From assembly GCA_963849775.1 (NCBI GenBank), contig CAWKIX010000048.1, forward strand, positions 5,879 through 69,878: a DNA stretch of 64,000 nucleotides, written 5' to 3'. A program made the translations under genes and the position numbers. Below the pieces are notes generated by a model. The model worked only from the letters and a program-made list of their open reading frames with translations, was not told the DNA's origin and searched no databases. Numbering within the stretch: position 1 is the first letter of the stretch; each line of letters begins with the position of its first letter. Origin of the DNA: an uncultured Prolixibacteraceae bacterium (lineage in GTDB: Bacteria > Bacteroidota > Bacteroidia > Bacteroidales > Prolixibacteraceae). Of this stretch, positions 1 to 11,000 are shown in pieces.

Positions 1-173
1 TTCTTCACATTTAGACGCAAAGAAGAAGTATTTTTTTGAAATGACTGGTCGAAGATGCAATAAGAATTTTTTCATAAAAGAAAAAAAGGTATTAAAATAT
101 TTAAATAACGAATAAACAACCATTTATTGCATATAAGTTTTAAGAAGTAAAAATTCAATTAAGTAAGAATAAG

Positions 174-764
174 ATGATTTACGAAACGCTACAGATATTA
201 AAGGAGCAACTGGATGTTTACTTTGAAGAAGTTGGCCTTGGAAAAATTCTAATCCTGGAAAATATTGCTCTTTGGGAATCAGGAAACAAGGATGCCAAGA
301 AACTCGACGGAAAAGTTGCCATCACACTTTTATCATTGGAAGAGGAGGCAACCTTAAAAAACAACATGCCTCAGTTCGTAAGAAATGGCAAAATGGAATA
401 CAAAAATCCGCCGGTTAACTTAAATTTATTTGTATTGTTTGCCGCCAATTGCGATAGTTACGATAAATCACTTCGTAGTATTTCACGGATAATCCAGTTC
501 TTTCAGGGCAAAAATACTTTTACTTCGTCAAATACAGTGTATAACCGTACAAACGTTTCTTTCGATATTCTTGAATATTTCAAATTCATTTTAAAAATAC
601 ATACACCCCGTTTTGAGGAACTTAATCAAATCTGGGGTATTCTCGGTGGGCGGCAACTACCGTCGGTTATATATAAAGTACAGTTAATGCAAATTGAAAG
701 AGACAAAAAACTTGCAGCTACACCTGTAATTACAAATGTAGAAGGAGACCTAAACGATTATTAA
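174..764 (+). CDS. eCIS cap/terminator protein, DUF4255 (Afp16/Pvc16-like)
   Basis: 196-aa ORF with the DUF4255-type motifs NPPVNLNLFVLF, IIQFFQ and ELNQIWGILGGRQLPSVIYKV; first gene of the tail cluster. Confidence 0.85.
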   Translation: MIYETLQILKEQLDVYFEEVGLGKILILENIALWESGNKDAKKLDGKVAITLLSLEEEATLKNNMPQFVRNGKMEYKNPPVNLNLFVLFAANCDSYDKSLRSISRIIQFFQGKNTFTSSNTVYNRTNVSFDILEYFKFILKIHTPRFEELNQIWGILGGRQLPSVIYKVQLMQIERDKKLAATPVITNVEGDLNDY

Positions 765-765
765 T

Positions 766-1638
766 ATGGCGTTTGCTATAAAATACAGAGAACTTTTTAA
801 AGTTAACATTCATCATTTGTTCTTTCTGAACAAAGGAGGGGATGAATTTAATTCAATGAATGATTCGAATAAGTCGAAACAATTGGAGTCGTTCAGCATT
901 AACGAGGTTTTTAAAATTATTCCGGTAGTTGAAACTGCTGAAAGTTTGAAGGGATATAATCTAGTATTCAAAACACAAAACGACGGTTTTTCAATTTGGG
1001 CAAAAGTTACCGGAATTGACAATAATGAACCTTTTATTTCGCTCGCGGATGATCTTAGTCTAACATTTGTTTTGTTGCTAAAAGAAGCTGGGTTTTACAA
1101 TTATACCGATCTGAAGATGGAGAACGCAAGAAAAATTTACTATTTCTCCAATAAAAGATTAGACACTGAACCTGGCAGTTTTCCATTAATTAACAGCTCT
1201 GGCGATAATCAAAATATTGACGAAACTTTCGTCCTCTCTGAAGATGGAGAACTCGGTGAAAAGGAAAAACTTACACCTTCAGAAAAAAACAATTTGTTTG
1301 GAATTATAACACTTTACATAAAAGGTGATGAAACAGGGCTTAATATCACTACAACTCAGGGGAAATTATTTGTGAAAAAGGAGTTTGAAATTCAACTCAA
1401 TAACCGGAAAACATTTTGGCGATACATTTTTAACAAAAACCAAACTGTTAATGGTTCCGATGATGTTGAGATAGAAGATGCTGATTCAAAAATATTAGTG
1501 ACGAAAACGGGTCATCCGCTAACTGATAAAGGATTTATTTCACTTGAACTTGGTGGTGCGGAATTACCAAATCCTGACCGGGGACTTTCTATTTTTAATG
1601 CGGCTGACAACAATTACTATTCGGAAATATACATGTAA
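766..1638 (+). CDS. eCIS-associated hypothetical protein, possibly a cap adaptor (AlgoCIS Alg16B-like position)
   Basis: 290-aa ORF tightly coupled between the DUF4255 and sheath genes; ends TFWRYIF...LPNP...YSEIYM; function inferred from synteny only. Confidence 0.6.
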   Translation: MAFAIKYRELFKVNIHHLFFLNKGGDEFNSMNDSNKSKQLESFSINEVFKIIPVVETAESLKGYNLVFKTQNDGFSIWAKVTGIDNNEPFISLADDLSLTFVLLLKEAGFYNYTDLKMENARKIYYFSNKRLDTEPGSFPLINSSGDNQNIDETFVLSEDGELGEKEKLTPSEKNNLFGIITLYIKGDETGLNITTTQGKLFVKKEFEIQLNNRKTFWRYIFNKNQTVNGSDDVEIEDADSKILVTKTGHPLTDKGFISLELGGAELPNPDRGLSIFNAADNNYYSEIYM

Positions 1639-1655
1639 AATTTAAACTAAAAATT

Positions 1656-3743
1656 ATGGCTACATCGTACAAAACACCAGGAGTTTACATTGAGGAAATT
1701 GTCAAGTTTCCCCCATCTGTAGCTCAAGTTGAAACTGCGATCCCTGCTTTTATTGGTTACACCGAAAAAGCTACCAATAAAATTAAAGGCGATCTGAAGG
1801 GGGTTCCTACCCGGATAACCTCTCTTCTCGAATATGAAACATTCTTTGGTTATGCCAAACCCGAAACAACAATTAGCGTGACAATCAACGACACGCTCGT
1901 TGGTGGAAATTCAGAACGGTCCTTAGTGGTTGATCATCCTACTTCAAAAGAACCGTTTTTGATGTACTATTCTTTACAAATGTATTTTGCCAACGGTGGC
2001 GGTCCTTGCTATATTGTTTCCGTTGGACGTTACGGTAAAGATTTGGATGAAACTGATACACCGGTTACTTCCATTAATAATTCAACTGATTTTGGAATAG
2101 GGTTAAAATGGGTTGAAAAGGTGGATGAAGTAACGCTAATATTATTTCCTGATGCAACTGCTCTTTCAACTGCCGACGAATTCTACGGATTATATAACGA
2201 TGCGCTAATGCAGTGCAATAAATTGCAGGATCGGTTTACAATTATTGATACAATGGGTTATGACGCTGTTAGTCCGACAGACTCCAATATCTCTGATCTT
2301 CGGAATAAAATAAGTTCCGAAAAAGATTATTTGAAATATGGAGCTGCATATTACCCGTTTTTGAAAACGATTCTAGATTATCATTATGATTCAAAGGAAA
2401 TCGTAATTAGTCATTATTCGTACAGTGCTGATGCTTATGAAAAGATAAAAGCAAATCTCCAGGTTATTGAAGATCCAACCGGCTTACCTGCAACAGTTGC
2501 AAAATTGGTTGATTTGGCTACAACACCCGGTGATATTTCAGGAGATGTAAGCGATGTTCTTTTACACATGTACGACAGCACTACGGGATTTGATTTGGGC
2601 GGAACTTTCGTTACTGATGATACTAAAAAGACCGCATTTATAGCTTTGGTCGATACTTTAGTCGAATCTTTGGACGAATTAACCGAATTCAAAAACGATT
2701 TGAATAGTGAAGCAAAAGCTGCCTCAAGTACAATTAAAGATGAAAATCCGGCAATTGCCACTTTAATTGATGGCGCTTTGGCAACTTTTAATGCCGATTT
2801 TGAAGGAACGGATAAAATTGACGAAGTTGTTAAAAATTTGAAACAATTACAGGGAAAGCTTGGAACTGCTGATTCGGATACAAAACTTAAGAATCTGTTA
2901 AATGTAAATGCGTTGAATTTTGATGCAGAACTAAGAAAACTGGAAGACTATACGCCACTGGATGTACAAACCGGAATTACTTCAACTGTTGATGCGTTTG
3001 CAGATGTAATAACTAATTTAACTGCGCTTGCCACCGAAATTAAAAAGGTAGAAGGCAAAGACAAAAATAATGGCGTTTTAAATGGCAGAAGGTTAAGCGA
3101 TGTTGAAGCTGTTGACAATGCGACTTTCAATAAAATATTAACTGCCATCGGAAATCTTCCATTGGAACTTCCGCCGAGCAGCGCAATAGCAGGAATTTAC
3201 GCGAGAATTGACAGTACAAGGGGTGTTTGGAAAGCTCCGGCGAATGTTAGTATTAATTATGTTGTAAAGCCTTCTGTACAGGTTACACATGAGGATCAAA
3301 AAGATTTGAATGTGGATACGGTTGCCGGAAAATCAATAAATGCAATCAGGGCATTTACCGGGAAAGGTGTACTTGTTTGGGGTGCCCGGACTTTGGCTGG
3401 AAACGACAACGAGTGGCGTTACGTTCCTGTTCGGCGCTTCTTCAATATGGCAGAAGAGTCAATTAAAAAAGCAACCGAGCAGTTCGTTTTTGAGCCTAAC
3501 GATAAAAATACCTGGGTTCGTGTTAAAGCGATGATCGATAATTTCTTGACATCTCAGTGGCGTGCCGGTGCGTTGGCTGGTCCTGCTCCCGATAAAGCTT
3601 TTTATGTAAAAGTGGGTTTGGGAGAAACCATGACTGCAATTGACATTCTGGAGGGTTATATGATAATCGAAATTGGTATGGCAGTAGTTCGCCCGGCAGA
3701 GTTTATTATCCTGAAATTCTCTCACAAAATGCAGGAAGCTTAA
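1656..3743 (+). CDS. Contractile tail sheath protein (Afp2/3/4-like)
   Basis: N-terminal YKTPGVYIEE...TAIPAFIGYT and YFANGGGPCYIVSVG; C-terminal PPSSAIAGIYA, GVWKAPAN, WGARTL, WRYVPVRR, FVFEPND, RPAEFII. Confidence 0.96.
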   Translation: MATSYKTPGVYIEEIVKFPPSVAQVETAIPAFIGYTEKATNKIKGDLKGVPTRITSLLEYETFFGYAKPETTISVTINDTLVGGNSERSLVVDHPTSKEPFLMYYSLQMYFANGGGPCYIVSVGRYGKDLDETDTPVTSINNSTDFGIGLKWVEKVDEVTLILFPDATALSTADEFYGLYNDALMQCNKLQDRFTIIDTMGYDAVSPTDSNISDLRNKISSEKDYLKYGAAYYPFLKTILDYHYDSKEIVISHYSYSADAYEKIKANLQVIEDPTGLPATVAKLVDLATTPGDISGDVSDVLLHMYDSTTGFDLGGTFVTDDTKKTAFIALVDTLVESLDELTEFKNDLNSEAKAASSTIKDENPAIATLIDGALATFNADFEGTDKIDEVVKNLKQLQGKLGTADSDTKLKNLLNVNALNFDAELRKLEDYTPLDVQTGITSTVDAFADVITNLTALATEIKKVEGKDKNNGVLNGRRLSDVEAVDNATFNKILTAIGNLPLELPPSSAIAGIYARIDSTRGVWKAPANVSINYVVKPSVQVTHEDQKDLNVDTVAGKSINAIRAFTGKGVLVWGARTLAGNDNEWRYVPVRRFFNMAEESIKKATEQFVFEPNDKNTWVRVKAMIDNFLTSQWRAGALAGPAPDKAFYVKVGLGETMTAIDILEGYMIIEIGMAVVRPAEFIILKFSHKMQEA

Positions 3744-3775
3744 TTCATTCATTTAACATTTAAAATCAACAAATT

Positions 3776-4219
3776 ATGGCAACAACATACCCATTACCAA
3801 AATTTCATTTTAAAGTGGCTTTTGGAGATGCAGAATTTAATTGTACTGAAGTTTCAGGATTAGATTTTGAAAGAGAAGTGATTGAGTATCGCGCCGGTGC
3901 CGATAGTGAATATCATAAAACCAAGCAGCCCGGAATGTCGAAGTACAGTAACATCACATTGAAAAGAGGAACATTTTCCGACAAGAGTAAACAGTTCTAT
4001 GAATCGTGGGTTAAAACGGTTTATTTCCAGGAAGGAGAAGAACAATACAGGGGCGATTTATCCATTAGTTTATTGGATGAAAAGCATGAACCTGTTGTGA
4101 CCTGGAAGGCTCAGAATGCCTACATTACCAAAATTCAATCTACTGATTTGAAAGCAGATGGAAATGAAATTGCAATTGAGACAGCCGAGTTTGTTCACGA
4201 AAAACTTTCCATCTTATAA
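3776..4219 (+). CDS. Tail tube protein (T4 gp19-like, Afp1)
   Basis: YPLPKFHFKV, EVSGL, NITLKRG, DLKADGNEIAIE motifs. Confidence 0.93.
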   Translation: MATTYPLPKFHFKVAFGDAEFNCTEVSGLDFEREVIEYRAGADSEYHKTKQPGMSKYSNITLKRGTFSDKSKQFYESWVKTVYFQEGEEQYRGDLSISLLDEKHEPVVTWKAQNAYITKIQSTDLKADGNEIAIETAEFVHEKLSIL

Positions 4220-4662
4220 TGGCAGAATATTATCCACCCATTGGATTTCACTTTAAGGTGGAATTCTCCGGAATTTCTACCCAAAAGAACGATCATCAGT
4301 TTCAATCGGTTACAGGTCTGAATGTAGATCTCGATACCGAAGAAATTGCCGAAGGTGGAGAAAACAGGTTTAAACACAAAATTCCGGTACGGACAAAATA
4401 TCCGAATCTGGTTCTCAAAAGAGGAATGCTAATCGATTCGGGTGTCATTGAATGGTGCCGGAAAGCGCTGGAAGATTTTGAATTTCAGCCTGTGAATCTA
4501 ACGGTGAAATTACTCGACGAGAAGCACGATCCTTTAGTTAGTTGGAATATTGTTCATGCATACCCGGTAAAATGGGATGTGGGTGAATTTAATGCTGAAG
4601 AAAGTAAGCTTGTTATCGAATCGCTTGAGTTATCATACAACTACTTTAAAGTAATTACATAA
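4219..4662 (+). CDS. Second tail tube protein (Afp5-like)
   Basis: YPPIGFHFKV, FQSVTGL, EGGENRF, NLVLKRG, AYPVKW motifs; TAATG stop/start overlap. Confidence 0.93.
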   Translation: MAEYYPPIGFHFKVEFSGISTQKNDHQFQSVTGLNVDLDTEEIAEGGENRFKHKIPVRTKYPNLVLKRGMLIDSGVIEWCRKALEDFEFQPVNLTVKLLDEKHDPLVSWNIVHAYPVKWDVGEFNAEESKLVIESLELSYNYFKVIT

Positions 4663-4820
4663 TGTCAATCGAAATAAAGGAACTTCATATAAAAATTGAC
4701 ATCGACGAGGGTGCCAGCAATTCTGGTTCTTCATCTTCAGGAATCGAAGGAAAAGAGGAAATTATTGCTGCCTGCGTTGAGGAAGTGATGGAAGTTTTGA
4801 AGAATCAGAAAGAACGATAA
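4662..4820 (+). CDS. Small eCIS protein (DUF5908/Afp6-like plug candidate), 52 aa, missing from the ORF track
   Basis: Hand translation MSIEIKELHIKIDIDEGASNSGSSSSGIEGKEEIIAACVEEVMEVLKNQKER*; ATG overlaps the tube stop (TAATG); fills the gap before the LysM gene. Confidence 0.8.
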   Translation: MSIEIKELHIKIDIDEGASNSGSSSSGIEGKEEIIAACVEEVMEVLKNQKER

Positions 4821-4831
4821 CCCGAATTGTT

Positions 4832-5557
4832 ATGAGCGAAGGCCAATTACAAAAACTGATTATCAGGTGTTTCAAGGATGAAAAATACAGTGAAGAAATT
4901 CCTGATTTAAAGTACACCGCTTTGCTAAATCCTGAGAAATATACCCAATTGTATAAAACAGAATACAAACGGGAACAGGCAACAGGCAACAGTGCTACCG
5001 ATCCGAAATTCACCCGTTCGTTACCAACCGATTTGGATTTGGAATTGCTGTTCGATCGAACCGGTGTAATCATTCACTATGGCGACGACCCGGAAGCAAG
5101 TGCCGATGATACGGTTTACAAAGATCAGGGCAGTGGAATTATCGACGATATCGAGAATTTCAAAAAGGCAGTTTTCGATTACAATGGCGACGAACACAAA
5201 CCCAATTATTTAATGATAAGCTGGGGATCGCTGCTGTTTAAAGGAATTCTCACTGAGTTATCCATCGATTTCAAACTTTTTAAACCCGATGGAACTCCGA
5301 TCAGGGCAACGGCAAGAGTGAAATTTATTTCGCATGTGGAAGCGGAAAAAAGAGCTGCCGGAGAAAATAACCAGTCGCCCGATTTAACCCATGTTCGATT
5401 GGTGAAAGACGGTGATACATTGCCACTTATGACGTTCAAAATTTACGGGGACTCAAAATATTATCTCGAAGTTGCAAAAGTGAACAACCTGAGCAATTTT
5501 AGAAAGCTGGTTCCCGGTCAGGAAATCGTTTTTCCTCCAATTGAAAAAATATCGTAA
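4832..5557 (+). CDS. CIS tube initiator with C-terminal LysM domain (Afp7-like)
   Basis: LNPEKY, LLFD, WGSLLFKGIL, LFKPDGTPIRA; LysM-like VKDGDTLPLMTFKIYGDSKYYLEVAKVNNL. Confidence 0.9.
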   Translation: MSEGQLQKLIIRCFKDEKYSEEIPDLKYTALLNPEKYTQLYKTEYKREQATGNSATDPKFTRSLPTDLDLELLFDRTGVIIHYGDDPEASADDTVYKDQGSGIIDDIENFKKAVFDYNGDEHKPNYLMISWGSLLFKGILTELSIDFKLFKPDGTPIRATARVKFISHVEAEKRAAGENNQSPDLTHVRLVKDGDTLPLMTFKIYGDSKYYLEVAKVNNLSNFRKLVPGQEIVFPPIEKIS

Positions 5558-7303
5558 ATGAATAACAGCGGAGTTATACAGACCTCGAAGAGTGCCGATT
5601 TAGTCACTTTTAAGATATTAACAGAAGGTGAAGAGCTTTCAAAAAAATATCAGGTAAAAAGTATTGTAGTTACCAAAGAGGTAAATAAAATTCCAACGGC
5701 ACAAATTGTATTAATCGACGGCGAGGCTGCAAAGCGTGAATTTAAACTTAGTAATGAAGAACTTTTGGCGCCCGGAAAAGAAATTGAAATTACTTCCGGT
5801 TATCATTCCGATGAAGAGACAATCTTTAAAGGAATAGTAATAAAACACAACCTGAAAATCAGGGCAAACAGCTCGCAACTTATCGTTGAATGCAAAGACA
5901 AAGCTGTAAAGATGACCATCGGACGGAAGAGTAAATATTACTACGAAAGCAAAGACAGCGACATTATCGGAGAAATCATCGACGCTTATTCGCTTGAAAA
6001 AGATGTTGAAGATACCAATTTTTCACATCCCGAACTGGTGCAGTACAATTCTTCCGATTGGGATTTTATGGTTTCACGGGCACAGGCAAATGGAAAACTT
6101 TGCTTTGTCGATGATGGAAAAATTACAGTAGCAAAACCCGATTTTTCTCAGGATGAAATTGAAACAGTCACATTTGGCTCAACGCTGCTTGATTTCGATT
6201 CTGAAATTGATGCACGTCATCAAATCAGTAAAGTAACTTCCTATAGTTGGAATCATGCAGATCAGGAGTTACTGGAGTTTGAAGCGAATGACCCCGGAGT
6301 TTCCATTATTGGAAATATTTCTTCGGGTGATTTGGCCGGTATAGTTGGTTTGGATAATCTTATCCTCAAACATGGAGGCGATTTAACCGTCACTGAGTTG
6401 CAGGACTGGGCCGATGCAAAATGGATGTTTCAACAGCTGGCAAAAGTGCGGGGGCTTATGAAATTTCAGGGAATACCAGCCGCAAAACCGAATACAGTTA
6501 TAAAACTCGATGGAGTAGGAGATCGATTTAACGGGAAGGCTTACATCACTGGAATTAAACACAGCATTACCGAAGGAAACTGGACAGTTGATGCACAATT
6601 CGGGCTTAATCCGGAATGGTTTTCAGAAACTTTTGAATTGGAAGCGAGACCTGCCGCAGGTTTGTTGCCTGCGATTGGTGGTTTGCAAATTGGTGTAGTC
6701 AGCCAGCTTCAGGATGATCCGGATGGAGAAGATCGCATTTTAGTGCAGATTCCGATCATCGACAACCAGGAACAGGGAATCTGGTGTCGTGTTTCATCGC
6801 TGGATGCTGGGGATAGCCGCGGCGCATTCTTTCGGCCCGAAATCGGGGATGAAGTTATTGTGGGTTTTATCAATGAAGATCCAAATGATGCGGTTGTTCT
6901 TGGAATGTTGCATTCAAGCGCAAAGCCGGCTCCAATTACTGCAAGTGATGATAATCATGAAAAAGGTTTTGTCACGCGAAGTGAGATGAAATTCATTTTT
7001 AACGATGACAAAAAATCGGTGGTTCTGGAAACTCCTGGTGGTAAAAAAATAACGGTTGATGAAGACCAGGGAATCATTCAGATTGAAGATGAAAATTCAA
7101 ATATTATTACGTTGAATTCTGACGGTATTTCTATGGAATCAGCCGGAAAGATTTCGTTAAAAGCTTCTGGCGATGTAGAGATTGAAGGTACCAACGTTTC
7201 GATAAAGGCAAACGCAGAGTTTAAAGCGGAAGGTTCTGCCGGCGCTGAAGTTTCAACGAGTGCAGTTGCAAAATTGAAAGGTTCACTGGTTCAAATTAAT
7301 TAA
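5558..7303 (+). CDS. vgrG: VgrG-like spike (Afp8)
   Basis: VQYNSSDWDFMVSRA hub motif; gp5 OB-fold AGDSRGAFFRPEIGDEVIVGF..DP..AVVLG; C-terminal beta-spike repeats. Confidence 0.93.
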   Translation: MNNSGVIQTSKSADLVTFKILTEGEELSKKYQVKSIVVTKEVNKIPTAQIVLIDGEAAKREFKLSNEELLAPGKEIEITSGYHSDEETIFKGIVIKHNLKIRANSSQLIVECKDKAVKMTIGRKSKYYYESKDSDIIGEIIDAYSLEKDVEDTNFSHPELVQYNSSDWDFMVSRAQANGKLCFVDDGKITVAKPDFSQDEIETVTFGSTLLDFDSEIDARHQISKVTSYSWNHADQELLEFEANDPGVSIIGNISSGDLAGIVGLDNLILKHGGDLTVTELQDWADAKWMFQQLAKVRGLMKFQGIPAAKPNTVIKLDGVGDRFNGKAYITGIKHSITEGNWTVDAQFGLNPEWFSETFELEARPAAGLLPAIGGLQIGVVSQLQDDPDGEDRILVQIPIIDNQEQGIWCRVSSLDAGDSRGAFFRPEIGDEVIVGFINEDPNDAVVLGMLHSSAKPAPITASDDNHEKGFVTRSEMKFIFNDDKKSVVLETPGGKKITVDEDQGIIQIEDENSNIITLNSDGISMESAGKISLKASGDVEIEGTNVSIKANAEFKAEGSAGAEVSTSAVAKLKGSLVQIN

Positions 7304-7304
7304 A

Positions 7305-7595
7305 ATGGGAGCAGCAGCAAGAATAACAGATATGCACACTTGCCCGATGGTGACAGGGACAGTCCCTCATGTTGGCGGTCCGGTTTTACCTCCTGGTGAA
7401 CCAACAGTTTTAATAGGCGGAATGCCCGCCGCGAGAGTGGGAGATATGGCAACTTGTACCGGTCCGCCTGATACCATAATAATGGGGTCAGCAACCGTAA
7501 TGATAGGTGGAATGCCGGCGGCACGGATGGGCGACTCAACTGCACATGGTGGAGTAATTGTAGCAGGCTGTCCGACAGTTTTAATTGGTGGTTAA
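7305..7595 (+). CDS. PAAR spike-tip protein (Afp10)
   Basis: AAAR, PAARVGD and PAARMGD repeats with H/C metal ligands. Confidence 0.95.
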   Translation: MGAAARITDMHTCPMVTGTVPHVGGPVLPPGEPTVLIGGMPAARVGDMATCTGPPDTIIMGSATVMIGGMPAARMGDSTAHGGVIVAGCPTVLIGG

Positions 7596-7605
7596 AAACA
7601 AAATT

Positions 7606-8016
7606 ATGGAAGCGAATAAAGCTTTTTTAGGTAGAGGTTGGAGTTTTCCCCCGGAATTCAGTAAAGTAACAAAAGAAGTGAAAATGCTGGAAATGGAGGT
7701 TGACATTAAAAGTAGCCTCGAAATATTATTGTCAACGCGGTTGGGAGAGCGCATTATGCTTCCCGACTATGGTTGCAACCTCGATGATTTGGTGTTTGAA
7801 GCGCTGAATCTGACCATTAAAACATATGTAATAGAATTGATTAAAACGGCAATATTGTATTACGAACCCCGGATTGATGTCAACAAAATTGAAATTGATC
7901 CAACCAACGAATTGGAAGGAATTTTACTGATAAATATTGATTATACAATTAGAACAACGAATTCCCGGAGAAATATGGTTTATCCGTATTACAAACAGGA
8001 AGGTAACGAATTGTAA
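7606..8016 (+). CDS. gp25/GPW baseplate wedge protein (Afp9)
   Basis: FLGRGWSFPP, ILLSTRLGERIM.PDYGC, YEPRIDV, NMVYPYY; ATG 7606 after an A-rich spacer preferred over the overlapping start at 7585. Confidence 0.92.
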   Translation: MEANKAFLGRGWSFPPEFSKVTKEVKMLEMEVDIKSSLEILLSTRLGERIMLPDYGCNLDDLVFEALNLTIKTYVIELIKTAILYYEPRIDVNKIEIDPTNELEGILLINIDYTIRTTNSRRNMVYPYYKQEGNEL

Positions 8017-8027
8017 AACAAAATTTT

Positions 8028-11000
8028 ATGGCAAATTGCGGTAAGGACATATTAATTAGCAAGAGAAGGAACAAAACAGCAACAGCGTTACATTGATGCT
8101 TTAAAACCTGATTCGGTAAAATTAAACGATTTCGGGTTAAAGGAATGGATGCAGTTTGCTTATAGTTTTGCCAGGCATCTGAATTATTTCGATGTTTCCG
8201 ATTCGGTCTATCCCAAAGGTACCTGGAAAGAATTTTTTAAATCGGAAGCCCAACTGGACGAATTTCTGAAACAAATAGAGGAATCAAATAATATTACCCC
8301 GCACCTTGCACTTTATGTAAGCTTTGTAAAACTTATAAACCTTTCCAAAAACAGGTTTAATAAACTTACAAAACGTCACCTCGATTTTTATTACAACAAG
8401 ATTCTGAGCATTGAAAAATTGCCTGCTACCGCCGATAAAGCGCATTTGATTTTTGAATTGGCTAAAAATGCAGTTGATGAAAAGGTGGCAGAAGGAACAG
8501 AAGCAGATGGAGGAAAAGATGCGATCGGTAAAAAATTAATCTATAAAACCAACGAGGAATTAGTCGCCAATAAAATAAAAGTAAGTCAACTAAAAAGTGT
8601 ATATGTTGACCACGACAATAATAAAATAAAAGCTGCCGGTGCCGCTAATTCTTATGATGGAATCGGCGGCGATTTCCCCGACGGCGAAGCCAGGTGGTGG
8701 CCATTTGGTTATTTCGAAAAAGAAAGTGAAAGTACACAATCAAAAGCGCCTGAATATCCTGAATTGCCGAACGCAAAGCTTGGATTTGCACTTTCCTCTG
8801 AAATTCTCGAATTGCAGGAAGGTGAAAGAAATTTAAAAATTACTATTGAATTTACAACGGGTTTAAGTGCCATTACCAATCAAATACTTAAAGACAATAT
8901 TGAAGTTTTCTGTACTGGTGAAAAAGGCTGGCTTGGTCCTTTCAGTGTCGATAAAGATATTTCCATAATTAGTGGTACAACTTTTTCAACCGGGCTGACA
9001 GCTGGAAACAAAAAGGTCTCCATTGTTTTTCAGGTTCCAAAAGAGGAAAAGGCAATTGTAAAATACGATTCAAAAATACATGGAGAACATTTTAGTAGTG
9101 ATTTGCCGGTTTGCCGTTTCTTAATAAAAACCGAAAATCAGGATGGAGTTTCTTTTTATCGCGAATTAATTGAGAAAGATATCAAAGATTTGACGGTAAA
9201 TGTCAATGTGAAAGATGTTAAAAGTCTTTTGCTGGAAAGTGATTTTGGAGTTCTAAATGCAGCAAAACCATTTTTCCCGTTTGGAACACAACCTGTAAAA
9301 AAGTCTAATTTCTATATTAATTATCCCGAGTTGTTTAAAAAGAACTGGGATGATTTTACAGTTGATATTGAATGGAAAAATACGCCGGAAAGTGCAGCGG
9401 ATGGAACGGAGGCTTTTAAAAATTTATACTATGCATATCGTAAGGATTATCAGTACCAGGCGAGTTCAAAATCCTTTCTGGATGGAATGTTATATTTTGA
9501 AACTTCGAAAGCTGATATTAAAGAAGATTTCCAAAAGATTGCCATAATAAATGAAATTTCATATTTAGGATTAACGGAAAATCCTGAAAATCTAATTGTT
9601 AATAACAACGATTATTTTAAAGCAACCGTCGAAATTCAGGATAAGGAAGAATGGAAAGATGCAATTACCGGTTTGCCTATTTTTAACGATGACGGACAAA
9701 AGGATTTTTTCAAACTGAACTTTACAATTGACAATTTAAACTACGAACCCGATAAAAATGGTCCTGCGCGAATTTCATTGAATCAATCGTTTTTGCACGA
9801 GCTGTTCCCGCGTATTTATGCTTTGGCTTTCAGCAGCGAAGAAGATGACACCTTAATTCCAAATGAACCTTATATTCCGCTTGTTGAAAAGATTACACTG
9901 GATTATAATGCAACCAGTAATATTTCATTGGAGCGCACGGAAGAAAAATATGAGAAAAACGATGTTGTTTTGTTTCATGAACATCCGTTTGGGCAATCGG
10001 AAGAACATCCGTATTTAAAAGAAAAAACAGGTTTTCTTTTTCCCTCTGCAAAACCTACTGACAATATTCCTGCTTACCTGGTCCCAACCTATTGCAAAGG
10101 AGGGGAATTATATATCGGACTGGAAAATGTAAAAGCATTACAATCGGTGGCTTTATTAATACAGGTTTTGGAAGGTAGTGAAAATCCTTTGGCCGAATCA
10201 TTTACCGGAAAACAAAAAGTGGAGTGGTCGGTGCTGGCAAAAAACGAATGGAAGTCGCTGGATTCGAACTTTATCATCTCAAACGATACTGATAATTTCC
10301 TGAAATCGGGTATTGTAAAAATTGCTATGCCTCGCGAAACAACACAGGATAACACACGGTTGCCATCGGAATTGGTATGGCTAAAAGCGAAAATTCACAA
10401 AAATTACGATGCAGTATGTAAAGTGCTTGATATTCTTTCTCAAGCAGTTTTGGCGGAGTTCACAAATAATGGAAACGAACTTTCGCACCTGGAAAACGGT
10501 TTGCCGGCTGGTTCCATCTCGAAATTAGTTGTTCGGGTTCCAACGGTAAAAGGTATTTCACAGCCATTCAATACGTTTGGAGGTAAACCTGTTGAATCAG
10601 ACGATGCATACTATCGCAGAGTAAGCGAAAGATTACGGCATAAAAACCGCGCGATTACAATCTGGGATTACGAGAATTTGATACTTCAACAGTTCCCTGA
10701 AATTCATAAAGTAAAGTGTTTGAATCACACAAAAACCGAGTCAAAAAGCGGGGTTAAAACAACCAGTTACCTATCTCCCGGAAATGTTCTGATTGTAGTA
10801 ATTCCGGATATTGCAAACAAGAATGTGTTCGATATTTATCAACCGCGGGTGAGTAAGGCAAAACTAAATGCCATTCAGGATTTTGTAAATCAATTGAATA
10901 CATTCCATGTTAATGCGGTGGTTGTAAATCCCGATTACGAAGAAATTATGGTGGAGTTAAACGCCAAATTCTATAAGGGTTTCGATGAAAATTTCTATAC

